Below are positions 13,368 to 26,100 of a stretch of DNA of 64,000 nt, piece by piece. The notes under the pieces are model-generated. The model saw nothing but the letters and a program-made list of their open reading frames with translations, was not told the origin of the DNA and made no database searches. The translations under genes were made by a program, and so were the position numbers. Positions within the stretch are counted from its first letter, which is position 1, and each line of letters starts with the position of its first letter. Source of the stretch: Hemiscyllium ocellatum (Eukaryota); NCBI RefSeq assembly GCF_020745735.1, contig NC_083409.1, positions 10,219,534-10,283,533 of the forward strand. Reading direction: 5' to 3'.

Positions 13368-14135
13368 GTTGTGGTTCTGTTCGCCGAGCTGGAAGTTTTT
13401 GCTGCAAACGTTTCGTTCCCTGGCTAGGGAACATCATCAGTGCTATTGGAGCCTCCTGTAAAGCGCTGCTTTGATGTTTCTTCCGGTATTTATAGTGGTT
13501 TGTTCTTGCCGCCTCCGGGTGTCAGTTTCAGCTGTAGTATTTATGTGGGGTCCAGGTCGATGTGTCTGTTGATGGATGTTCTTGCCGCTTCCGGGTGTCA
13601 GTTTCAGCTGTAGTGGTTTGTATATGGGGTCCAGGTCCATGTGTCTGTTAATGGAGTTTGTGGATTAATGCCATGCCTCTAGGAATTCCCTGGCTGTTCT
13701 CTGTCTGGCTTGTCCTATGATGGTAGTGTTTTCCCAGTCAAATTCATGTTCCTGGTTGTCTGAGTGTATGGCTACTAGGGATAGCTGGTCGTGTCATTTT
13801 GTGGCTAGCTGATGTTCATGGATGCGGATTGTTAGCTGTCTTCCTGTTTGTCCTATATAGTGTTTTGTGCAGTCCTTGCATGGTATTTTGTAAACTTCAT
13901 TAGTTTGGCTCGTGCTGGCTATTGGGTCCTTTGTTCTAGTGAGTTGTTGTCTGAGTGTAGAAGTTGGCTTGTGTGCTGTTATGAGTCCTAAGGGTCGCAG
14001 TAGTCTGGCTGTCAGTTCTGAGACGCTCCTGACGTATGGTAGTGTGGCTAGTCCTTTTGGTTGTGGCATGTCCTCGTTCCGTGGTCTATCTCTTAGGCAT
14101 CTGGTGATAAAGTTGCGTGGGTATCCGTTTTTGGC
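13368..14135 (-). mobile_element. Penelope-like element (GIY-YIG region) inserted in a CR1, with 9-bp flanking repeat GAAGGGATT
   Basis: VYKIPCKDCTKHYIGQTGRQL. Flanking repeats at 13359-13367 and 14136-14144. Internal ~76-bp tandem duplication at 13502-13655. Confidence 0.85.
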
Positions 14136-14299
14136 GAAGGGATTAAAGGTTATGGGGGAAAATGGAAACAGGGGACTAAGTTGAATAATCAACCATGGTC
14201 ATATTGAATGGTGGAGCTGACTCAAAGGGCTGAATGGCCTCTTCCTGCTCCTAGTTCCTTTGCTTCTATGTATGAGAGATTGTTTATAAACATGGACAC

Positions 14300-15110
14300 A
14301 ATGGAAATATAGAGTCACAGAGTCATCGAGTCCTACAGCACAGAGACAGGCCCTTTGGCCCAAACTGGACCGTGCTGACCAAAATGTCCATCCACACTAA
14401 CCCCATTTCCCTGCACTTGGTCCATATCCTTCAAAGATTTTCCTATCTATGTATTTGTCAAAATGCTTTTTAAATGTTGTTAATCTACCCCCCCAATCAT
14501 TTCCACTGCAGCTCATTCCATATGCGGATGACCCTTTCTGTAAAAATGTTGTACCTCAGGTTCTCTTTTATTCTAACCTTAAACCGATGCCCTCTACTCC
14601 TTGATTCCCCAACTCTGGGAAAAAGACTGAGTGCATTCACTCTATCCAAGTCTCACATGATCTTTTCTACTTCTAAAAGATCCCCCTCAGTCTCCTACGC
14701 TCTAAGTAATGAATCCTAATTTGTCCAACCTCTTCCTGTCACTCAGATCATTGAGTCCAGGCAACATCCTTGTAAATTTCTTCTGTACTCTTTGTGGTTT
14801 AATAATATCCTTCCTATAACAAAGTGACCAAAACTGAACACAATACTCCAAGTGAGACCTCACCAATATCCTGTACATCTGTAATATAACTTCCCAAATT
14901 CTATACCCAGTACCCTGACTGATGAAGGCCATGACACCGCTTCTTGTAGTGTCGTCTGCAAACTTACTAATCATGCCTTGCAGATTCTCATCCAAATTAT
15001 TGATAGAGATAACAAACAGTAATGGGTCCAGCATTGAACCCTGAGGCACTCCACAAGTCACTGGCCCCCAGTCAGACTAGCATCCTTCCACTATGAACAT
15101 CTGCTTCCTA
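14300..15110 (-). mobile_element. CR1 LINE fragment
   Basis: GVPQGS...ISINNLD...FADDT, LEYCVQFWS. Confidence 0.85.
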
Positions 15111-15329
15111 CCATTAAGCCAATTAGAGAAAAATATCTGTCTTTGGTGAGGAATTCGTTTGGGTGTAGGTGGCCTTTGGATGTAGGAGACAGAGAAGAGG
15201 GATAATGTGTGTGCTCTCCAATAATGTGAATATTGGTGTCCCCAGGGATCTGCGCTGGGACCTAAGCATTTCATGATATTTCTCAATGACTTGGATGAAG
15301 GAATAGCGAGCCATTTATCCAAGATTGCA

Positions 15330-15800
15330 GACCACACTGAGCAACACAGTTTGGAGGAGGTTACAGAGATAGGGAGAGTGAAGGACAGGGATGGATTTGA
15401 GAACAAGCATGAGAATTTGATGACCGAAGTGTTGCTGTTCCAGGAGCCAATGTAGACATGGCGTGCAGGGGATTGGGGGAACAGAAGTTGGTGCAAGTCT
15501 GGACATTGGCAGCATACTTTGGGAAGAGTGAGTGCAGTGGCTGTGATGTGTGCGAGCACAATATTCGAATGCCCATGTTTGGATTCACAACAGGATGGCT
15601 GAGAATTTCAGTGGCTGATCTTTGTGATGTGGAAGATGTGGGACTCAGAACAGCCCCAAAGATGAGGCCTAGGTTGAAAAGAGTCTGGTTGAGCAGCAGA
15701 CAGGGCTCAGGGAGAGGGATGGAGTTTGTACCGGGAGCTGAAGAGGATGGCTGTGACCTTCCCAATGTGTTTCACAGTGAGCCTGGCTCCTCAGTCCTTT
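15330..15800 (-). mobile_element. L2-like LINE RT C-terminal remnant
   Basis: LNQTLFNLGLIF...TSSTSQRS and downstream degenerate L2-type C-terminal residues. Confidence 0.6.
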
Positions 15801-18028
15801 AGCTGCTGTGATTGTCACTGATCGGACACTTATTATTAGAGATTCTGACCACAGCAGAAAGCCCCAGCGTAAAAAATAACTGCAAAGGCTGTCAGATCGG
15901 AAGGTTGAAACTTCACCAAGAGAGGAAATGAAAGAAGGAGCTCGGAGCAGCTCACAAACACACACACCTGCACTCGGAGATCAGAAACAGAATCCAGCAG
16001 CAGCTCTGTCTCTAAGCTGTGAAACCTGAACAGAATTATTCCCTCATTCAGTTTTTAACTGGCGGGATAGACCAAGCAGGGGAGGCAACACAGTGGTGTG
16101 TACAGTCGAAACGGAGTTACCCTGGGAGTCCTCACCATTAACTATGGAACCCATGAAGCCTCATGACAGCAGGTCAAACATGGGGAAGGAAACCTCCTGC
16201 TGATTACCACATAGCACCGCCCTCCGCTCCAACCTCAACTGAGCAGTCAGTCCTCCTCCATATTGAACAACACTTGGAGGGAGCACTGTGGGTGGGAATG
16301 ATGCAGGATATACCCTGAGTAAGGGACTTCAAAGTCCACCTTCAAGAGCTGCTCAGAAGCATCACTACTGAGCAAGCTGGCCAAGTTCCACCTGATTCAG
16401 CTGCTAGACTGGACCTGGGGCAGGTGGTGAGGGAACCAACAAGAGGGAAAAACAAACTCACTATCACCCTCACCAACCTACCTGCTGCTGGTGTAGCTGT
16501 CCATGACAGTATCAGTAAGGGTGACCACCGCACAGTCCGTGTGGAGACAAAATCCCATCTTTACATTGAGATTACCTTACATTTTGTTGGGCAAGAGATA
16601 TGGAACGACAGAAAGAACTTTGTTTTTTGCAGCAATTGGCAATGACTTCAAAATTAGTGCCCATTCAGGTGAGGCAGGTGAAGAAACATTGATTGCAATG
16701 GCAGATTGGATGGGCTCTTGATGGAAATAAACCTGCAAGGCTCTGAGGATCGAGTAGGGTAGGGGGTGGGACTGACTGGATGGCTCCATTAAATGACAGC
16801 ATTTCACTGACAGGCTGAATGTTCTCCCCCTGTGCTGGAAATAGGTCTCACTCAATGAGGGGTTCAAAATTAGAGAGTTTGGATGCAGTAAATACAGGAC
16901 AAATTGTTTCTCCAGGCAGGAGGGTCAGTAACCAGAGGGCACACATTTCAGACAGGGTCTGAACACCAAGAAAGAAGATAGGAACATTTTTATCCAGTGA
17001 GCTCATGATGACTGTCTGCAAGGTGAGTGGAAGTGGATTCAACAGCAACTTTCAAAAGGGCATTTGGACAAATAGGTGTAAAGGAAACAATTGCAGGGTT
17101 ATACAGGAAGGGCTGGGCAAATGGGACTCATGGGACTAATTTGACTAACAGTCACTACAGGCCCAGTGACCTCTGTCTGTGCTGTATAAGAGCTTACACA
17201 CACTTAGTCTCACCTTTACACAAAGACTGGGAGAAACAGACAACCCAGTTTACAGAAAAGTGTTTTCTCAAGGAAAACGCTCTTGAACCAACTCAGGGAA
17301 CACGCCAGACTAGATTTACTGGACTACATCAGCAAATCAATGGCAAGGGAACAGTGAACCAAAAGTAATGGCACTCAACAGTATATTCAATAGCACAACA
17401 ATTGAGAGGGGGAGGGATGAAGGGCAGGGGGTCAGAGAGCTCTAGGGGTCTGAAGGCTCTGCTGTCAATACTGGGATGGAGGAAGCAGCAATGGGCAGGA
17501 GACCAGCGAGAGAAGATGGAAGGGGGAGGGAGGGAATGTGAATCTGCAGCAGGACACAGAGTGAGGGAGGAGAAAGGTCATGGAGGCAATTGGCTGTCAG
17601 TGAGGTCAGGGGTCATTCTGGAATAACACATGGAAAGACATGGAAGAGATCACGCCATATCAGACAAGCTGGCGTTTATGGGATTTGGCTTCAGGAAGCT
17701 GGGAGAGGACATTGGAATCATATAGTTAGAAGGCGGGACAAACAGGAATTAGGGTTTCTGTGGTCAAGGGGCTGAGGTAGTGCAGAGACGGACAATGTCA
17801 TTAAGACTGAAATAAGAGACCTACGTGATGGAGAGGATGTGGGGTTTGCAGCTCACATATTGGACAGTCCTGAGGGAAGGAGGCCCATGTTTACTGGTCT
17901 CTTCTGAAGCATCCAGTGGGAAGGAGGTCCATGTTTATTGGTGCCTATTGGAGGGTCCAGTGGGAAGGAGGTCTATGTTTACTGGGCCTATGGGAAGATG
18001 GACCATGTGGACATCATCATAGAGTTTT

Positions 18029-18324
18029 TAGATTAGACTTACAGTGTGGAAACAGGCCCTTCGGCCCAACAAGTCCACACCGACCCGCCGAAGCGCAACC
18101 CACCCATACCCTTACCTAACACTACGGGCAATTTAGCATGGCCAATTCACCTGACCCGCACATCTTTGTGACTGTGGGAGGAAACCGGAGCACCCGGAGG
18201 AAACCCACGCAGACACGGGGAGAACGTGCAAACTCCACACAGTCAGTCGCCTGAGTCGGGAATTGAACCCAGGTCTCTGGTGCTGTGAGGCAGCAGTGCT
18301 AACCACTGTGCCACCGTGCCGCCC
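18029..18324 (-). mobile_element. Young HE1-like SINE with (TCTAA)n tail
   Basis: Near-identical to the copies at 22035 and 50978. Confidence 0.92.
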
Positions 18325-18329
18325 GTTAT

Positions 18330-19570
18330 GGAGGTTTACAGCATGGCATCAGGCCCTTCAGCTCTACTCATCCATGCCGACCAAGTTTCCAAAACTGAAC
18401 TAGTCCCATTTGCCTGTGTTTGGCCCAAATCTCTCCGAATCCTTCCTATCCATGTTCCTGTAAAAATGTCCTGGAAATGTAGTAATTGTACTCACCTTTA
18501 CCACTTCCTCTGGCAGTCATTGCACACACATGCCATCCTCTGTGTGAAAAGGTTGCCTCTCAGGGCCCTTCTAACTCTTTCCCCTCTCAACTTAAATCTA
18601 TTTCTTCTAGTACTGGACTCTCCTACCCTGAGGAAAAGACTTTGACTATTCATCTTATCAATGACCCTCATGATTCTATGAACCTCTATCTGGTCACCCC
18701 TCAATCTTCTGCATTTCCTGGAAGAACATCTCGGCCTATCCATCCTCGCCTTATAATTCAAACCCTCCAATCTTGGTAACATCCCTGTTAATCTTCATTT
18801 TATCCAAACCAGTGTAATAACTTCCTTCCTATAGCAGGGTGTGCAGAAATGTGCACAGTGTCCAAATGTGGCCTTATCAATGTCTTATACAGCTGTCACA
18901 TGATGTCCCAGCTCCTGTACTCCCTGCTTTTTCCAGTGAAGGTGAGCGTGTCAAATACCTTCTTCACCACCCTGTCTACCTGTGACACCACTTTCAAGGA
19001 ACTGTGTACCTGTACCCCTCGGTCTCTCTGTTCAACAACACTCCCCATGACTCTACCATTTATTGTGTAATTCCTGCCCTGTTTTGTCTTACCAAAAGGT
19101 AACTCCTTCCATTTATCGAAATTAAACTCCATCTGGATTTGTTGACCCACTGGCCCAGTTGATCAAGATGACATTGCACTCTTGGATAACCTTCTTCCCT
19201 GTCGATGATGCCAATAATTTTAATGTCAGCCACAAACTTACTGACCATTCCTCTTATTTTCTCATCCACATTGTTCATATAAATGAAGACCAACAGTGGA
19301 TCCAGGATCGATTCTTGTGGCAGACGGCTGGTCACTAGCCTCCAGTCTGAAGAACAACCCTCTCTCACCAGCCTCTGTCTCCTACCATCAGGCCAATTTT
19401 ATATCCAATTGGCTCGCTCTCCCTGGATCCTATGTGATATAATCTTACTGAGCAGTCTGCCATGGTGGGGGGAACCTTGTCTAAGGCCTTGCTAAAGTCC
19501 ATGTAGACAGAGTGTACTGCTGTACCTTTATCTACCTTCTTGCTTACTTCTTCAAAAACTCAGCCATCCA
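18330..19570 (-). mobile_element. CR1 LINE RT to 3' end
   Basis: SRLPQES...YMNNVD...FVADIK, VDRVVKK. Confidence 0.85.
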
Positions 19571-20398
19571 CTTATCTCCATTGGAAAGTCCAGTGATTAG
19601 GAGCCCCATGTTTACTGGTCTCAATTAGAAGGTTCAGTGGGAAGGAGGCCCATGTTTACTGGTCTCAATTGGGTGGTTCAGTGGGAAGGAGGTCCATGTC
19701 TCTCCATTGGGCAGCCCCGTGAACTGAATTCCATGTTTGTTGGACTCTGTTGGAGTGTCCATTACATCATGGACGCCATGATTGGTGTGGGGCCAGTTCC
19801 CTTCTGCTGTAACTGTGATGCTCTGAACATCATCCCAGTGAAACACATTGACTCAGAGACTGATCATGGAATGGGAAGGAGAGGGGAAGGGATTGGAGCA
19901 TGTTGTGAATGGACAGGATGGGTCACTGGGTCACAAACTGTCCTGCCCCATCCCTCCAGCTCACACTGATGGCCTGAGGAACTCATCTCTCTGCTGGGCC
20001 TTCATGGAATGAGGTTTGTGTCCAAACCAGTCCCCAGTGAGAATAGGCCAACAGCACAGAACTGCCCTTCCTTTGACAAGAATCTGTCCATCTTCCTGAG
20101 AGAGGCTAAACCTTGGTCACTGTGGGAAATGGGGCCTTACTCCAGGGAAAAAAAAACATGCTTCTGGGGTCAAAGGTTAACATCCATTATTGGGGCAGAG
20201 CAGAAGGAGATTTATTCTGCATTCAACTGTCATCACCTGGGACACTGTGAGAAAGGGAGAGAAGCGAGACAGAGAGAGAGAGAGAGAGAGGGAGAGTGTG
20301 TGTGTAATCGAGGAATAGAGGGAGGAGCATCTGAGACAGTGTGAGATATGTCAGGGGACCGAGAGCGGTAGAGGGAGGTAAAAATGATGTGGTTGATG

Positions 20399-20432
<34 letters not shown>

Positions 20433-21049
20433 AACAAGATTATCTGACGGAGTGAGGAACTGTGAGTGGGTTGGAGAGAGTGGCTATGAGAGAGGGAGTG
20501 AGAGATAGAGAGAGAGAGAGAGAGAGAAAATATGAAAGAGAATATGAAAGAGATTAAAAGTGGGAGAGAGATAGATAGGTAGAGAGAAAGAAGTGGCAGA
20601 TGTGAGTCAAAAAGGAAGATAGAGAGAGAGAGGTGGACAGGTCGTGGCCACCACATTCTGGGAAAGATGTGATTGTTCTTAAGAGGGTGCAGAGATTTAC
20701 CAGGATGCTGCCTGCAATAGAGAGTTAGTTATGAGGAAAGATTGGAAAGGTTGAGGTTGTTTTGCGTGGAGCAGTGAAGGTTGAGAAAGAACCTCATTGA
20801 GGGGTATAAGATTATTCAAGGCAGTGATATGGTGCGTAGGAAATAAAAGCATCAATAAAACAATTATTAATGTGATTCTCAGAGATGTGTCATTATTCTA
20901 GTCACAAACAACTATTTCCCAGTGATGGGGTCCATCCTGCTGAATATTAGATACAGCTGGGCTTTGGAGAAATATTGGGCAGAATGGAGTGTAATGTGGG
21001 GGACAAAAATCACGAAGTTAGGACACAGCTACAGCAAGTGAATCCGGAG

Positions 21050-23050
21050 GCAGATAGAGTATTGGTGCTCCTTGTAAAGGGAATGCAATCTAAAAGCTGG
21101 GACATTTTACTGCAGCTGTACAGGGGTTAGGGTTAGGAGCTTGGTGTGGGCACATCTGGAGTATGGTGTCCAGTATCAGGCTCCTTATTGAAGAAAGGAC
21201 AGGAGCTGCATTAGGTGTAGTTCAGTGATAGTTCCCTTGACTGATTCCAGGTACAGAGCGTTTGTCTTATGGGCAAAGGTCAAACAGGTTTGGAATCTGA
21301 TCCCTGGAGTTTAGAAGAATGAGAGGGAATCTCATTGAAATGCATAGAATTCTTAAGGGGAGTGACAGGGGAAATGCTGGATGTTTCCCTTCTTGGGAGA
21401 ATAAGGGCAACACAGAAAATCACTGGGTAACCACTAGGACAGGATCAGGAATACAGGAGGACCAGAAAGCTGAACTGTATCTATTTTAATGTAAGGAGCT
21501 TGACGAGTAAGGAGGTTGAACTGAGAGCATTGACCAGCACGTGGGAATATTATATTGCTGCAATTGCTGAGACATGATTGAACAAAGATAGGACTGGCAG
21601 CTCAACATTCCAGGGTAGAGAAGTCTCAGGTGGGATAGAGGGAATGCAGGAGAGGTGGGTGTATTGCATTATTGATAAAGGAGACCATCACTGCTGGATT
21701 TAAGGAGCATTCCTTGGAAGGCTCTTCAAACGAGGCCATCTGGGTGAAGCTAAAAATACAAAAAGAATAATCACTTTGCTGGGATTGTACTATAGACCTC
21801 CCAATAGTCAGATGGAGAGAGAGGAGGAGATATGTTGGTAAATCACAGACAGGTGTGAGAGGAATAGGGTTATGTTAGTAGGGAGTTTCAACTTCTCTAA
21901 CATGAACTGGGATTGCCTTTGTGTGAATGGTGGAATGTTTAAAGTCCATCCAGGAGAGCTTTTGGTGCCAGTATGTAGATAGTCCCTCTAAACATGGGCA
22001 GTGCTGGACTCAATCCTAGGTAATTTTTTTTTAGATTAGATTAGACTTACAGTGTGGAAACAGGCCCTTCGGCCCAACAAGTCCACACCGACCCGCCGAA
22101 GCGCAACCCACCCATACCCCTACATTTACCCCTTACCTAACACTACGGGCAATTTAGCTTGGCCAATTCACCTAACCCGCACATCTTTGGACTGTGGGAG
22201 GAAACCGGAGCACCCGGAGGAAACCCACGCAGACACGGGGAGAACGTGCAAACTCCACACAGTCAGTCGCCTGAGTCGGGAATTGAACCCGGGTCTACAG
22301 GCGCTGTGAGGCAGCAGTGCTAACCACGCCTGTAGACCCGGGTTCAATTCCCGACTCAGGCGACTGACTGTGTGGAGTAATGAAACCAGTCAAATAGTTA
22401 AAGAGTCAGTGGGTGAGCATTTTGCAGATATTGAACATAAGTTCATAAGTTTTATAATTATTATGGAAAGGAATAAGGGTAGTGCAGAAAGGTAAGTGTC
22501 TAAAGTGAGGCAAGGCCAATTTCAATGTCATGAGACAGGATCTGGCAAATACAGACTGGGAGCAGCTACTTACAGGTCAGTCTACATTTGGAAAGTGGGA
22601 AGCTTTTTAATGTGAGACAGTGAGAATTCAGGGCCAGCTCAGAAAGAAAGGCAAGGGCAGCAACTCCTGGGATCCTGGATGTCAAGGAGTATGGATAGTT
22701 TGGGAAAGGAAAAGAAGGAAAGCTTTGTCAGCGACAGAGCATCAAAAACAAGGAAGCCCTTCAGGAGGAGAGAAAGTGTGGGGAGTAGCTTAAAAAAATA
22801 GGAGGGCAAAGTGGAGCCATGAAATATCTTTGGCAGCCTTAGCTCCTCACCCCAGAATGCTTAAGAAAAAGTGGCACTAGAAAGAATAGATGCACTTGTG
22901 GTCATCTTTCAGAATTCTAGACTCTGGAGCAGTTCCTATGGATTGGAGGGTGACTAACATAACCCCACTATTTAAGAAGGGAGGCAGAGACCGGTTAGCT
23001 TGACATCAGTAGTGGGAGAAATACTGGAGTCCATTATAAAAGATGTGCAG
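21050..23050 (+). mobile_element. Composite CR1 fragments (interrupted by a SINE at 22035)
   Basis: High identity to the reverse complement of 4150-5270, continuing into ORF2 linker sequence. Confidence 0.75.
22035..22378 (-). mobile_element. Young HE1-like SINE with terminal foldback
   Basis: (TAGAT)n tail, SINE body, then a perfect 52-bp inverted copy. Confidence 0.92.
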
Positions 23051-24074
23051 CAAATTTTGTTGTAACCTGCACCTTATGAACTTGTATTCTTGACAAACCG
23101 GCAAAAGTTATATCCCTCAAATGCCACAAAGTTTAAGACATTAGTCTGTCCAATTATTATACATTTATAATGTATTAATTTCAATGTAAACATACTTGTT
23201 GTTTAATTGTATATCAACATAAAATACCAACAGTTGATTCAATTTCGAGTCAATTTCTCCTCAAACGCGGTGACCTGCCGCGATGCCCGGGTAATCAGTT
23301 GAGAGTGTGAGTGAGAAGGATAGGGACAAAGTGGGCTATTCGAGATACAAAGCATTGCTGACCACAATCATCATCTAGTGGCCTGCAGGGTGTAGCTTGT
23401 CAGGAGCTGAACAAGAAAGAAAAATTCATTAAGCTGAACAAGAAAGTTTGCAATTAAAGATGCCCAAGTTAAGTACATAAGTCACATACTGAGAGCAAAA
23501 GGATTTGCCTGGATTCTGGAAAGGTAAGAGCGGTGGCAGTGATGTGGTGACTGACAGATGTGAAAACAGTGTAAGGGTTTGTTGGATTTATCAAATACGA
23601 AGTGTCAATTTCTAATTAGAGTGACAATCATGATGCTAGCCAACTATTCCCATCCCAGCTGCTGGTATTATTGGACAACACAGATCTCAGAATGCAACAC
23701 AAACAGAAACTGCTGAAGAAATGCAGTTGGTCTGCAGCATCTTCAGAGCATAAGCACACAATGATTTAGATGTAATAATAAGACCTCCTTAGACAAAAGA
23801 AATGAAGATGAAACATACTATACTGACAGAAAACACAAATTCAAAAGATTTCAAAACTCATGGCAAATTAAAATCCTTTCTAATCTAACATTATTTCTTT
23901 CCAGTACTCAAATAACAGAGAGAAGGGGTCCATTTCTCTATCATATCTTCCGGTTTAACTTAACTGTATTTTTCATTTCATTGCCTTTAAAGTTTGGCTG
24001 CCTTTTCCTTGATTAATACTTCGCTGGCCACAGGTGAAGTGCCAGAGTGGAGGATTGTCAATGTCGTTCCTTTG

Positions 24075-24850
24075 TCCAGGCTTGGGCTGACAAGTGATAA
24101 GTAACTTTCATATCATACAAATGCTAGACTCTGACTGTCACCAATAAGAGACAATCTAACCAGTGTCCCTTGACATTCAGTGGTGTTACTATCAACGTGT
24201 CCCCCACTATCAACATCCTGGGAGTTGATAGCCAGCTGAAACTCACCAAATAAACACTGGCTACAAAAGCAGGTCAGAGGCTAAGAATACTGCAGCAAGT
24301 ACCTCACCTCTTGTCTCCTGAAAGCCTGGCCACAATCTACAAGGCACAAGTCAGGAATGTGAAGGAATACTCCCCACTTGCCTGGATGGGTGAAGCCCCC
24401 AACAACACTCAAGAAGCTGAACACCATTCAGGGCAAAGCAGCCGCTTGATAGGCACAGCATCCACATGTAACCATGCCCTCTACCACCGACATTCAGCAG
24501 CAGCAGTGTGCACTATCTACAAGATGCACTGCAGAAATTCACCAAAGATCCTCAGACAGCACCTTCCAAACACAACCATTTCCATCTGGAAGGACAAGGG
24601 CACCAGATATATGAGAACACCATTACCTTCAAGTTCCCCTCCAAGCCATCTTGACTTGAAAATGTATTGTGTCCCTTCACTGTTGCTGGCTCCAGATCCA
24701 GGAATTCCCTCCCTCATGGTGTTGTCTGTCAACCCACAGCAGGTGTACTGCAGCAGTTCAAGAAGGCAGCTCACCAAAAGCCTTCTCAAGGGCAACTAGG
24801 GATGAACAATAAATGCTGGCCAGCCAACAATGCTGACATTCCATGAAATG
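24075..24850 (+). mobile_element. CR1/L2-superfamily LINE 3' fragment (distinct family; also 63640-64000)
   Basis: SLATIYKAQVRNVKEYSPLAW motif, shared with 63640-64000. Confidence 0.75.
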
Positions 24851-25353
24851 AATACATTAAAAAAAACTTGTCAAGTTGTAGGTAAACCTCCACACATGAT
24901 GAAAGCAGCATCCTTAAGTCCTCTCCCAGTTTTTGAGGAGCCATTCAGTCGTGTAGAGGTGTGTCCAGCACTGAGTGTAGCAGAAAGGGGATGAGAAAAA
25001 GTGTGAGAGCCAAAGAGAATTGGTCAGTTCCCAAAGTGAACTTCCTCCTGTGAGTTAAACAGACTCAGAGGCATTAGAGAATTCAGACACTGCATATTTG
25101 TATCTGGAAAAAGATTAACAGAGTTACAGAGGGAGATTGCTCAGAGAATACAAAGAAGTTTGTATGAGGAGTGGTTGAGGCCTGTACTCGGTCAGTACTC
25201 GATGGAGTTGAGAAGGATGAGTGGAAATCTCTGTGAAACATACAGTATACTGAGAGGCCTGGATAGAGTAGACATGGAGAAGATGTTTCCACTTGGCAGA
25301 GAGACTGGGACCTGAGGGCACAGCCTCAGAAGGGGCCATCCTTTGGAAGTGAG

Positions 25354-25663
25354 ATTAGATTAGATTAGATTACTTACAGTGTGGAAACAGGCCCTTCGGC
25401 CCAACAAGTCCACACCGATCCACACCCATCCATTCCCCTATATTTACCCCTTTACCTTACACTACGGGCAATTTAGCATGGCCAATTCACCTGGCCTGCA
25501 CATCTTTGGACTGTGAGAGGAAACCGGAGCACCCGGAGAAAACCCACGCAGACACAGGGAGAATGTGCAAAATCCACACAGACAGTCACCTGAGTCAGGA
25601 ATTGAACCCGGGTCTCTGGCGCTGTGAGGCAGCAGTGCTAACCACTGTGCCAACGTGCCGCCC
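25354..25663 (-). mobile_element. HE1-like SINE
   Basis: Full head, body and (TCTAA)n tail. Confidence 0.9.
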
Positions 25664-25869
25664 CTAATGATGAGGAGATTCTTCCTCCAGAGAGTTGTTA
25701 ATCTGTGGATTGATCATTGCTGCAGAGTTCTGTGGAGGCCAAGTCATTGAGTGAATTTAAGACAGAGATAGATAGATTCTTGATTGGTAAACAAGTCAAG
25801 GATAACAGGAGGCAGGAGATTGGGGTTGACAAACAAATCAACTATGATAGAATGGCAGAGTGTACTTGA

Positions 25870-26100
25870 TAGGCTGAATGGCCACATTTTGCACTGATAC
25901 ATGGTCTTTAAAAGATACACTTGGATGCGCCACATTAATTGAACATGATGTGGAGGTAGATAATTCGGACCCAATAAAACAAAACCCATTTTGGTTAAAC
26001 CCAGAGAAACTGGCCAAAGTAACAAAGGAAGCTCAATGTTTGTTGGAGAATCAATTGATTGATGGGTCAGAGTAATTGGAGTTCTCCCGTGTTGGAATTG
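25870..26100 (+). mobile_element. Gypsy pol fragment (pre-RT region); continues as an RT fragment at about 28585-28850
   Basis: LIEHDVEVDNSDPIKQNPFWLNPEK; at 28585 onward NWSS.VVLV.KPN.SIRFCVD.WKVN-like RT motif. Confidence 0.7.

Noticed and set aside
20260-20640. Long purine-rich ORFs (also 37080-37390, 38700-39140, 40180-40350, 7040-7140)
   Set aside because: They arise from degenerate (GA)n/(CT)n microsatellites that lack stop codons.
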